Source: Diplonema japonicum (lineage: Eukaryota; Protista; Euglenozoa: Diplonemea). Taken from it: DNA of 64,000 bases. This document shows positions 1-9,029 of this stretch, piece after piece. Within the stretch, counting starts at the first letter, position 1. The number at the start of each line of letters is the position of its first letter. Position numbers and translations under genes: made by a program. Below the pieces are notes generated by a model. It saw only the letters and a program-made list of their open reading frames with translations. It did not search any database and had not been told where the DNA came from. The stretch lies in assembly GCA_964019335.1 (NCBI GenBank), contig OZ025675.1:62001-126000 (forward strand), given 5' to 3'.

Positions 1-927
1 GATGTCGGTGAAGGCAAGGGCAACCTTCCCCGAGCTGAGGCCAGGTGCCGGGATCTCTTTTGTACACACCTCGCGTGTAGAGTGCAGTTCATCGAAGACA
101 GCATCAGGTACGTAAGGGCGGTAGATGTGGAGATTTGACAGGATGCTGTTGAAGGCATTGTAAAGCGGAGGAGGCAGGGGAGAGGTATTGAGGACCGCTT
201 GTGCTCGTTCAAGGTCGAAGCGGGAGAGGGTCTCGGCGATGGTCTCCGCTGCGGAGATCACATTCTCCATCTTTTCATGCTCTTTGTAGAGACGGCTAGA
301 GAATCCGCGGGTGAAGTAGAAGTCAAGCAGGAAGATGGAAATCTGAGCTAAGAGATATGCAGCGGAGCTAGAAAACTGACGGCCACAGGGCAGCTCTGTG
401 CAAGTACAGGAGTCACCACGTTCTTCTTGCGAAGGGAGGAAGGACAGGTCGTAGAGGCCAAAGCGAAAGGCAGATTCGACTGATGTGATGGCGAACCAGA
501 CCACTGTTGCAATGATGATGTTCTTCGTGACACGGGGTTCCATGTTGCAGACAAGTGCGATGTCAATGAGGAGGATGATCCCGGACCACGTCAGCAACCG
601 CCCCATGGTGAGGGACACATAGTCTACTAGAATTGATGACGTTAGTAACCCATAAAGGGATGCCTCAACCACACCACACCGTAGCTTCTTCTCAATCACG
701 ATCTGGCCCGCCATCAAGGCTCCCGCAAGAAACCCAGGCAGGGACATCACTACACGCATGTCAGTAAAGCCCAAATTAAGGAACAAGCTGAAGCCGTAGA
801 TAACCACCGCAGCCACTCCGGTGAAGAAGAGAAGTCTCTTCTTAAAAAGAAGTTGCTGTTCATCTCCTGGTGCAAAAAGGAGTTTATTTACCTGAGTGGT
901 GCAACACCACGAATACAGTGCAGCCAT
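1..927 (-). CDS. Receptor-type adenylate cyclase, 6-TM type (partial; runs off the left edge)
   Basis: ATG at 927, open frame to position 1: MAALYSWCC...LLDFYFTRGFSSRLYKEHEKMENVISAAE...YRPYVPDAVF...AFTDI, collinear with the full paralogues. Missing from the ORF track because there is no stop inside the window. Confidence 0.92.
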   Translation of the reverse strand, partial: MAALYSWCCTTQVNKLLFAPGDEQQLLFKKRLLFFTGVAAVVIYGFSLFLNLGFTDMRVVMSLPGFLAGALMAGQIVIEKKLRCGVVEASLYGLLTSSILVDYVSLTMGRLLTWSGIILLIDIALVCNMEPRVTKNIIIATVVWFAITSVESAFRFGLYDLSFLPSQEERGDSCTCTELPCGRQFSSSAAYLLAQISIFLLDFYFTRGFSSRLYKEHEKMENVISAAETIAETLSRFDLERAQAVLNTSPLPPPLYNAFNSILSNLHIYRPYVPDAVFDELHSTREVCTKEIPAPGLSSGKVALAFTDI

Positions 928-972
928 TTCCTTTTCCTTTTTAATACAAAACCTGCTGTTTTCTCTCTTTTC

Positions 973-1004
<32 letters not shown>

Positions 1005-1067
1005 CAAAAAAAAGAAAAACAGTTACTGAATAATTTAAAGCCTTAGAAAAAAAAGAAAAAGGAAATA

Positions 1068-1150
1068 TTAAGAGATCAAGGAAGCCAGTGTTGGTGGCGG
1101 CCTGCACAAACACTGTACACTTTATATCTCTATGTTATCCCCCATCACCA
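1068..1150 (-). mobile_element. Internally deleted copy of the ribozyme-SINE (5' end joined to 3' end)
   Basis: Minus strand begins GGTGATGGGGGATAACAT (cf. GGTGGTGGGGATAACAT at 5758). It continues almost directly into TGTGCAGGCCGCCACCAACACTGGCTTCCTT (cf. the 3' end at about 5478-5446). Confidence 0.65.
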
Positions 1151-1711
1151 ATATATATGTTCTTGTTATAAAGAGTCCGGCGTCAGGTGCAGACAGGGGT
1201 AGGCTGGTACTGCGCCGCGAGAAAAAAGAAATGTCCGGAAGGAAAGGCACTAGATGCTTCAGCTGACTGGCGTCTTCCCCTCCCAGACATTTCTTAGCTT
1301 TGAACAACAGAAGAAATAGCTGCCGTAAAGTGAAACATGTCGCACTGGCAAAATATTTGTATTTTAAACAGACAGGGCCGGAGGGCAGAACCATATACTC
1401 ACCTTCTTTTCGGTTCTTTCAAAAAAGAAAAAGGCTTATAACTTTCACAAAAAAAAAAAAAAAAAAACAGACCATAGAAATAAATAGAAATAAAGATCCT
1501 TATCCCGTAAATGTACCGAGCAAGATTCCCTTTTCTCACTACAGGCTACTAGGCCCCTTCGTACCTTCGGACATTGAGTTAGATCCCCAATTCTTTCTTT
1601 CTTTCTTATTTCCGTCGGTACTATGGGGGAAGTATAGAGGTGGCTCACTGCGATGAAGATCAAACTTTTCTCCTTATTTATTTAGAAAAGAACAGCGACA
1701 TGCTTCCGAGG

Positions 1712-1845
1712 AAAAACTAGTTTGGCGCTTCAGTGCTTGTGCGCACGAGCGGAATCTTACCTAACCCGTAGGATGGGTTAGAATAAAATAGCTCATTACG
1801 CTGCCATCAACTAGTTTTTAGTCTCGATAATAATATTGTTAAAAC
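1712..1845. repeat. Dispersed repeat family A (AAAAACTAGTT...AACTAGTTTTT, about 120 bp)
   Basis: Near-identical copies at 11722-11837, 35373-35490 and 36424-36525, partial at 17696-17745. 11-bp inverted repeat; this copy has an extra hairpin CTAACCC-GTAGGAT-GGGTTAG. Confidence 0.85.
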
Positions 1846-1865
1846 AAAAAAAAAAAAGAGAGGGG

Positions 1866-1975
1866 GCCCAACAATGCTACCACTACTCTTTTTAGCAATG
1901 TAATTTAACAATTCATAAATCAATATATACTGTTTTTTTTTTTTTCTTGTTGCATGCAAAAAAAAAAAAAAAAAA
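1866..1975. repeat. Dispersed repeat family B (partial)
   Basis: CCCAACAATGCTACCACTACTCTTTTTAGCAAT...ATCAATATA...TGCAAAAA is shared with the copies at 20400, 27802, 37729, 47331 and 49211. Confidence 0.8.
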
Positions 1976-2475
1976 AGAAAAAAAAGGGAAGAAAAAAAAA
2001 ATATCCTGTACAAAGACACAGTACAGTATCCTGTGCAGTACACGTAAGTAATCGGCAAGTAAGAGAATATAGGGAAAGGCGCCAAGGTAGCAGCTTCCAA
2101 TGGGGCCATTGGGCTTTATACGTGACATAAGAATTACTCCGAAGTCTGGGGAAAGGGAGTAAAACAACAAGAAAAAAAAATTTAAAAAAATGAGAATGAA
2201 AGAGATGAGATAAAGGGGGTTCCTGTTTTGGAACGTCCCCCTTGTCTCTACTTATCTACCCTGAGAATGAAAGAATACTGGGTCAGTTGGAAAGAGGGAA
2301 AGGAAACACTCCGAGATGGTGAACTCGTATTTTGGTTTTTCTCGAGTAAAGCAAAAAGAAAAAAAAAAGGGTCAAAAACCTGAAAAAAGTACATCTTTAC
2401 TCGGCACGGGGAACACAAGGTTTATTATCATTTTCTAACCACAATATTGCATTTGAATATATAAAAAAACTCAAA

Positions 2476-2908
2476 GTGCAGGACAAACCCCCTCATGGAG
2501 GGCCGCCCTTGGGTGGGTTGGGGGGGGGGCTATCTATTTATACTCCCCTTCTGGAGCATTGCTTTCGTTCCAATCGAGGCCTTGAGCGTCTTGCGGAGTC
2601 GTGTGATGCGGTCTCGCTTGTAAGCGGCTTTCAGTTCCATCAGCTTGTCGTGCGTGGAGTGGGTGGCGAAGATGGGCCTCCTGGCGAAACCCATAGCCGT
2701 CTTCCCACCTATTGCGATGAGGGACTTCACTCTCTTCTGTTCATCCGCTGGGAAGGGGCGTGGCTTCTTCCGTGCCCTGCATGCCGCGTTCAGCTTTCTT
2801 ATCAGTGCTTTGATCTTGCGAGCCCTATCTTCCAGCAGACCTCCCAGTAACTTGCCTGTCGTCCATTCGAAGTCGATGGCCAATTCCACCGCTGACACTT
2901 CAGAGCTG
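2476..2908 (-). mobile_element. 3'-terminal fragment of a non-LTR retrotransposon ORF
   Basis: ORF 2530..2934 contains VSAVELAIDFEWTTG, resembling VSRLELAVDFIATEG in the C-terminus of the larger retroelement fragment at 6731-8320. GC-rich island in AT-rich DNA with a basic C-terminus. Confidence 0.55.
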
Positions 2909-3086
2909 GAAAAAAAAGAATTGTTGTTGTGCAAAAACTAGCGTCTTACATTTAGCAAGCAACAATCCATGTCTTCTTATTCGACGCAGGGGGGGAAAGA
3001 TGATGAAAGGGCAATCCCACATGAGGACCAAACGTATGAAGGTGATGCCTTCACAATGCCTTATGACCTGTTGCGGCAGGATCCTC

Positions 3087-5258
3087 TCAGGAGGTAGAGG
3101 AGCCGCCAGCACAAGTATTAGAGCCCACAGCCCGAACCTTCACCTCATACACATTCAACTCCAAGCCAGTCTCTACATGAGGTTTGAACCGAACACTGTC
3201 CATCGCACACAGCTCCTCAGCCACGCTCCCATACAGGCAGAACACATCATCCTTCACTCCCAATGAGCACAGCGACCCTGCCACATCCACACACCTACCT
3301 AAGACTGTCACGAACTTCTGCTTGTTGCTCCCAACTGTCCCATGCCGAACATCACTGCTGGACAGACCGATATGCAGTTTTGCAGGAGTCTCTTGCCGAG
3401 CATCACTGCTGTGGAGCGCACTGTCACGTGGCTGTGTGGTTTCGACGGAGAATATTCTATTGAGAGTGACGACGAAGGAGAGGGAGTTCTCGATGTGTGT
3501 GGGGCAGGGACGGGAGGTGTTCCACCCAACAGCAACCCTGCTGCCCTGAACAGAGATGAGGACCCCATGTGACCTCTCAGCGGACATCATCACCTTCGTA
3601 AGTATATCATTAACGACGACAGCCTCAGCAGAGCGAAGCCTCATGTCCAGAAGACCCACGCTTGCCAAACTGGTTGACATTAACACGTCTGCAGAACGCG
3701 TGCCACGTGTCAGCGACCTGTCTGAAAGTGGTGAGCGGTGACAGCTGACGATCGCCGACTGAGATAACCTCCTGTCCCCCCTGCTGAGGAGGAGCTGTGA
3801 CTCGATGAAAGGTACCCTGCCAGAGAGGGAACTAGGCAGCAACATGAAAGGGTGCACACTGTTTGTCACGCCCCTCAGCCTCACCTCACCCATCTGTAGT
3901 ACAGATTCGTCTGAGAGTCCTTCAACCAGATCCATGACCTCCTCAGTGACAGCAACAGCACCCCCAACACAGGCCCCTTCCATCCGAGCCGCTTTGTTCA
4001 CAGTGTTCCCGAAGTAGTCGTACCTGCCTGTTAGTTTGTTCAGCTGCACATCAACCTCACCAAAGTGAACACCGATCCGAACACGAAGCCCACACCAAGG
4101 ACCGTCCTCATTCCAAGCACAGTGTCCGAGACTTAGTAATTCCTGTGGCCAGTTGCTGTTTGTCAGCTTTGCCTGAACAGACAAACCAAAAAAGACAGAA
4201 TTTGAGGCGCTCTCAAAGGCCACCATGAAGGAGTCCCCAATGGTCTTCACCTCGTACCCGTTGTGCTCAGAAAGACACTCCCGCATCACAGTGTTGTGAA
4301 CCTTCAGACCTTCCTTCATCCCCTCAGGGCACGCCTCCCATGTTGCCGTTGATCCTTGGATGTCGGTGAACACAATAGCAGCTCGACCAGAGTCAAGACC
4401 AGGTGCTGGTACCTCACGAAGGTACTCACCAATGTGCTGTTCATCAAAAACGGCCTCAGGGACGTAAGGGCGGTACATCTGTAAGTTTGACAAGATGCTG
4501 TTGAAGGCACTATGAAGGGGAGGGGGAAGGGGAGAGTCGTTGAGGAAAGCTCGAGCATGCACGAGGTCGAAGCGGGAGAGGGTCTCAGCAATGTTCTCAG
4601 CAGCAAGGATAACATTCTCCATCTTTTCATGCTCCCTGTAGAGACGGCTGGCGAATCCACGCGTGAAGTAGAAATCAAAAAGAAAAACGCTCATCTGCGC
4701 GACCAGAAATGCCACACTAGAGGAAAACGGCCTAACGCAAGGGAGATCCACGCAGCTACATGAATCACCACGCTCCGCTCGTGAAGGGAGGAACGGGAAG
4801 TCATAAAATCCGAGACGATATGAGGACTCAATCGCTGTGGTGATAAACCACACGATCGCTGCAAGGATGATGTTCCGTGAGACGCGTGGAGGCAGTCTCA
4901 GAACCAATGCGATGTCTATAAGAATGATCAGCCCACTCCACATGAGTACCCTCCCAAGGGTGAGGGAGACGTAGTCGATCATAAATGCTGTACACATGTA
5001 CCCATACAAAGTGCCTTCAATGACTACAGGCCGCAGGCGTTTCTGCCACAGAATCTGCCCCGACATAACCAGTCCTGACACACAACCAGGAATGGACATG
5101 ACTCGCCTTAAATCGTTTTCCTTTATATTCAACAACACACTGTACCCATACAACAAGAAGCCCACGATGCCTAGGAAGAATAGCAGCCGCTTCTTGAACA
5201 GTGTCTGTGGGTCGTCGTCAGCCGCAGAGAGGTACCTGTTTACGTATCCCACTAGCAT
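3087..5258 (-). CDS. Receptor-type adenylate cyclase, 6-TM type (723 aa)
   Basis: Class III motifs FTDIQGST, YEVKTIGDSFM, RVRIGVHFG, YDYFGNTVNKAARME. Lys (EVKT) and Asp (YDYF) indicate ATP specificity; six hydrophobic N-terminal segments. Confidence 0.95.
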   Translation of the reverse strand: MLVGYVNRYLSAADDDPQTLFKKRLLFFLGIVGFLLYGYSVLLNIKENDLRRVMSIPGCVSGLVMSGQILWQKRLRPVVIEGTLYGYMCTAFMIDYVSLTLGRVLMWSGLIILIDIALVLRLPPRVSRNIILAAIVWFITTAIESSYRLGFYDFPFLPSRAERGDSCSCVDLPCVRPFSSSVAFLVAQMSVFLFDFYFTRGFASRLYREHEKMENVILAAENIAETLSRFDLVHARAFLNDSPLPPPLHSAFNSILSNLQMYRPYVPEAVFDEQHIGEYLREVPAPGLDSGRAAIVFTDIQGSTATWEACPEGMKEGLKVHNTVMRECLSEHNGYEVKTIGDSFMVAFESASNSVFFGLSVQAKLTNSNWPQELLSLGHCAWNEDGPWCGLRVRIGVHFGEVDVQLNKLTGRYDYFGNTVNKAARMEGACVGGAVAVTEEVMDLVEGLSDESVLQMGEVRLRGVTNSVHPFMLLPSSLSGRVPFIESQLLLSRGDRRLSQSAIVSCHRSPLSDRSLTRGTRSADVLMSTSLASVGLLDMRLRSAEAVVVNDILTKVMMSAERSHGVLISVQGSRVAVGWNTSRPCPTHIENSLSFVVTLNRIFSVETTQPRDSALHSSDARQETPAKLHIGLSSSDVRHGTVGSNKQKFVTVLGRCVDVAGSLCSLGVKDDVFCLYGSVAEELCAMDSVRFKPHVETGLELNVYEVKVRAVGSNTCAGGSSTS

Positions 5259-5624
5259 TTGGTATACCCCTCCCGCCCTCCCTGTTTTGTTTACTTATTT
5301 GTCGGCATGAAAAGAAAAGTAGAAAGAAAGAAAGAAAAGAACCGGACTTAACGTTAGTTACAAAGAATAGAAAGTTTTTCTTTTTTCGTACACAGACAAC
5401 GCATCTAAAAGAAAAGAAAGAGAACAAAAAAAAAATATATGAGTTAAAGGAGGCCGGTGTTGGCGGCGCCCTGCACAAGAACTGTCTACTTGATTACAGG
5501 GGGCGCACCGCGGCCGAGTTGTAGCTTCTTCTGCGTTCCGCGTCGTGTCCTTAATGCGTGCGGTGTACAGCTCAACCCCAGCCGGGGCGTCCCGGGTAAC
5601 CAAGATTCTGCGCTCGTGCAGTTT

Positions 5625-5758
5625 GCTGCCTGTTCGTCACCCTGAGCATCTGCGTTACGTTCTTCCACTCGGGTGCTACCGGTGATGACCGACGAGGAGG
5701 TCAACAGCGAACAACACATCTGATGTTTTTCTTATATTTTCATGTTATCCCCACCACC
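5625..5758 (-). ncRNA. HDV-like (nested double pseudoknot) self-cleaving ribozyme
   Basis: P1 GGUGGUG(5758-5752)/CAUCACC(5687-5681). P2 GCUGUUG(5708-5702)/CAGGCAGC(5632-5625). P3 ACC/GGU closes L3 UCCUCGUC. P1.1 GG(5680-5679). P4 CACCC-GAG...CUC-A-GGGUG. J4/2 ACGAA with candidate catalytic C at 5636. Confidence 0.85.
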
Positions 5759-5820
5759 TTGGATCGAACCCACGACCATTGGATTAAAGGTCCAACGCTC
5801 TACCGCTGAGCTAGGTGGGC
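5749..5820 (-). tRNA. tRNA-Lys(UUU)-derived sequence (not a functional tRNA; A and B boxes intact)
   Basis: GCCCACC TA GCTC AGCGGTA GAGC G TTGGA CCTTTAA TCCAA TGGTC GTGGG TTCGATC. D arm and anticodon stem are intact with anticodon TTT, but position 33 is C and the 3' strand of the T stem is replaced by CAAGGT. Confidence 0.85.
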
Positions 5821-6574
5821 TCTTTTCTTTTAAAAAATAGCTTCGTTGAGATAGCGGAAAAAAAAACTCGACTGCGGGGTAACAACTATCTATTGTCACT
5901 GCAGTGCTACACGTAACTTCAGCACTACTGAATTTACAAAAAAAAAGAAGAACAAATCTTTTAAAAAAAAAAAGAAAAAAAAGGGAGAGCGGAGGATTTG
6001 CGAAAAGGTAACAAGGAGCAGTGGTCTCCACCAAAGGGCATCTGACCAACAGCATTAGAGATTGGTATCTAGCTTGCTAATTATTTTCTTTTTTCCTCCC
6101 CCCACCCTCCCTACTTCGGGGGAAAAGAAAATTAAAAAAGGGGGAGGTGGGGGAGTAAATCAGGCCCAACAACCTAACATGCGCTTAGAACGACGCATTA
6201 GAGTGACAGGGTGCTTTTCTACCGAAAAAGAAAGAAAGGTGACTATCCATGCCAATGACACTGACTCAAAGCGTGCTGCCCATCAAATAGTATCTCAGGA
6301 GAAGTGTAAAGCAAGGTTGACACCTTATTTCTTTGGCAAAAACAATAGCTAATATTGGGCTAATTTCTAGTAGGGGGTTAAAATTGTGCGCCTGACCAAC
6401 AGATACGAAGACGCGGTCTGGAAGTAGCACAGTGGTCGATACGGGAGGAATCTGGGAAGGCATCAAGTGCTACCAGAACACAAATCTGACCTCCCTATTT
6501 AGAAATCCCCCCAATATATAAGAGATAAAGGATTTAAAATAGAAACTCAAATGAAAATAGTTCATTTCAACCCA

Positions 6575-6700
6575 TTGGGATTGGCCGTTGTTTGTACGCC
6601 GGGTCAAACCTGGAGAACAGAAGTTTGTCAATCCGAAAACACGTTTGCCAACGTTCCCCTTTTATTCAGACAAGTCAAAGACTCGTTCTTGCAAAAAAAA
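6575..6700. repeat. Dispersed repeat family C
   Basis: ATTGGCCGTTGTTTGTACGCCGGGTCAAACCTGGAGAA...ACGTTTGCCAACGTTCCCCTTT...CAAGTCAAAGACTCGTTCTTGCAAAA also at 56078-56190. Parts at 35498, 55678, 57222, 61340, 63180 (inverted) and 63319. Confidence 0.8.
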
Positions 6701-6730
6701 AAAGAGCAAAAAAAAAAAAAAAAAAAAAAA

Positions 6731-8320
6731 AGAGACATTTAAGGGTACCTGCGGTATGTGGCAGGACGCCTGAAGAGTCTCAATCTATCTCTTGATCGAA
6801 CCTTTCTGCTGTGGTGTGGCCTTCGGCCCCTCGTTCGCCCTCCTCGGTACCTTAGGTATAAAACCCTCAACCGAGTTGGTAAGGACACAATAGTTGTACA
6901 GTTGTTTCTCAAGGATGTGGCGGGTCGCCGGGGAGGCGAATACCGGTCTAGAGGAGTAGCCCCTTATGGAGCCGTTGTAGTAACCCAACGTGCGTAGGGA
7001 GTGGACAGAGGCTACCGAAGCAGCTGGAATGAGGGGCGCTATGCGCTTATTGGTGTGGATGCGTTCTAGTGCCGCTATCACCCGGCCTATGACACGCGCG
7101 CTCTCCTGGATGTCCTCACCCTCTCCACAAGGCGAGAGTCCCTCTGTGGCAATGAAGTCCACGGCCAGCTCAAGCCTGGAGACCTGTCCACCTGTTGTGC
7201 CCCAGTGAAGGGCCGAGAGCCATCGGATGACGTGCGGGAATAGCCGCGGGAGTACTGTTGCCTCAAACCGTTGTCGTAGTACCACCTCAGTGACCGCGGC
7301 TTGAGCAAACACCCCTTCTCGAAGGGCCTGTTCCACAAGTGAACACTGAAGTCCACAGTCTTCTTTCGTGCAAAGGCGAGTTGCAAGTTGCCAGTAATCT
7401 CCGCCATCATTAGCTGTAACTCAGCTGTTTCCAGCACGAGCCCCCCCGTCGCAATGCCATGCAGTTGTGTGCACCGGGGCCACTGGTTACGTTGTGCGCA
7501 TAGTGCCGCCCGCTTCTCGGATGCTGTCCTGATGTGCTCGTGCGCCTGGCAGTCCCAGAGGGTGTGCTCCAGGAGCCTTGATGTATGTTGCGAAACGTCG
7601 AAAGTAGCGTCGCATCCCATGCACTTCGTCCGCCCCCCGACCGTGTCATTGATGACCTTGGGGTGGAATGGGAAAACGGCCCCCACTATCACCTGTAACA
7701 CCCTTCGAGCTTTGGGCGGATTGCGAGTCGCCCGGTGTAAGTGTAGCCCGTTGGTGGCCTTCTCGTCGATGTTGCCCGTCCCCTGAAAGGAGGGTCTGCT
7801 CTCTTCTAGGGCCGTTCGCAGGTGGACCTTCAGGAGCTTCCTGACCTCGTGCTTCAGGGCCCTTGGCTCCAGGGGTACCCATTGCCGCGCGAACTGCGCC
7901 CAGCTGGACCCCAGTTCCCCCAGCAGTTCGTGGGTCTGTCCGAGCATCCCGCAAGGGCCGAGGGGGCTCCCGCCCCGGGCGGCTTCCTTGTACTTGTCCC
8001 TGCACGTTTTAACGAGTGCCCTGGACCCTTCGTCGCTTTGCATCATTCGCGCAAACGTCGTGATTCTGCGGTATGCGGCTGCTGAATAAGGGTCCAGCCT
8101 GTGACCTTTGAAAGCCACCCCCAAGGAAGGCTCCCGATGAGCGAGTCGGGTTGTGTGGGCCCCATATGCAAGAGGTAATCTTCTTCCTGAGGGAGTCCAG
8201 AAGCGAGTCCGTGGGCGGTGTGTAGAGCACTCCGTAGAGCGCCGCTGGGAGGATGCAGTCCTCTATCGACCGCATCCAGCGCCGTGGCAAACCTAGTGTT
8301 CTTCGTTCGGGTGGGCTGCA
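6731..8320 (-). mobile_element. 5'-truncated, frameshifted non-LTR retrotransposon (post-RT region with Cys/His knuckle)
   Basis: Overlapping ORFs 8009..8290, 7087..8124 and 6785..7336 join into one broken frame. ILPAALYG resembles the RT thumb region; CMGC...LLEHTLWDC resembles the C-terminal zinc knuckle of LINE ORF2. No RT core in the window. Confidence 0.75.
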
Positions 8321-8719
8321 AAAAAAAAACAGAGGGGAAAACTTTTTTTTTTAGAATTCCTGATAAACTCTCTGCTGGCTGTCTCAGGTTCTTCTAGCTT
8401 CTTTTCGCGCATTAGAGGATTGAATAAAAAAAGAATAAGAGTAAAACATAAAAAGAAACAAAAAAAGAAAAAGAAGTAAAGGCATTATCACAGAAAATGA
8501 AAAGGAGGTTCTCCTTGGGGGGGTGGGGCAGTAGTTTGGTGGTGATGTTACTTCGTAAAAAGTAGACTTGCGCAATGGAAGTAAAGTCGATCTGTTGGAA
8601 TCTAACTTCAAAAACAATCGTTTGTGTGCAAGGGTGCTATTTTCACTAAAAACTAGCCCACTGCGCTAAAAACACAAAGCAAAGAGCTTTAAAGATAAAA
8701 CTCTCAAAAAAAAGAGGAT

Positions 8720-8855
8720 ATTACAGGGGGCGCAATTCGGCCGAGTTCTAGCTTCTTCTGCGTTCCGTGTCGCGTCCTTATGCGTGCGGTGTGCAACTCA
8801 ACCCTAGCCGGGGCGCCCCGGGTAACCAAGATTCTGCGCCCGTGCAGCTTGTGCA
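8720..8855 (-). mobile_element. Ribozyme-SINE internal fragment (body)
   Basis: Aligns to about 5492-5622 with scattered substitutions. Confidence 0.85.
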
Positions 8856-9029
8856 GTGAAAAGAAAAACAATAAAAACGGAGCGTACCACCAAAACGTGT
8901 TTGGTCACTAGAAAATATAAAGGAATATTATTCGTTTTACTACCAACAATGTCTTCTTTTCTCCGACTCTCCCTTCAAAAGGGCACAAAACGAGAGTTAC
9001 ATTATGACATGGCTCAGTACCATATTTAC

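Larger units (their letters stand above)
5430..5820 (-). mobile_element. SINE-like element: tRNA-Lys-derived head + HDV-like ribozyme + structured body + T tail
   Basis: Most complete copy of a repeat also seen at 1068, 8720, 9030, 36130, 36735 and 61800. No T4 run on the minus strand from 5820 until the T run near 5435. Confidence 0.8.

Noticed and set aside
3087-5258. Guanylate cyclase assignment for the array
   Set aside because: The substrate-specifying positions are Lys and Asp, not Glu and Cys.
5451-5730. 7SL/SRP RNA or Alu-like RNA on the plus strand (starts GGCCGG, near a tRNA-Lys)
   Set aside because: No convincing SRP helix-8 motif, and the tRNA is not divergently oriented as in trypanosomatid 7SL loci. 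The minus-strand HDV fold explains the sequence better.
5400-5760. Simple insertion of the element into a tRNA gene
   Set aside because: The missing tRNA 3' end is not found beyond the element's tail. This is disfavoured, not excluded.
5749-5820. Functional tRNA-Lys gene
   Set aside because: The T stem cannot form, position 33 is C and base pair 1-72 is mismatched; kept only as a tRNA-derived head.
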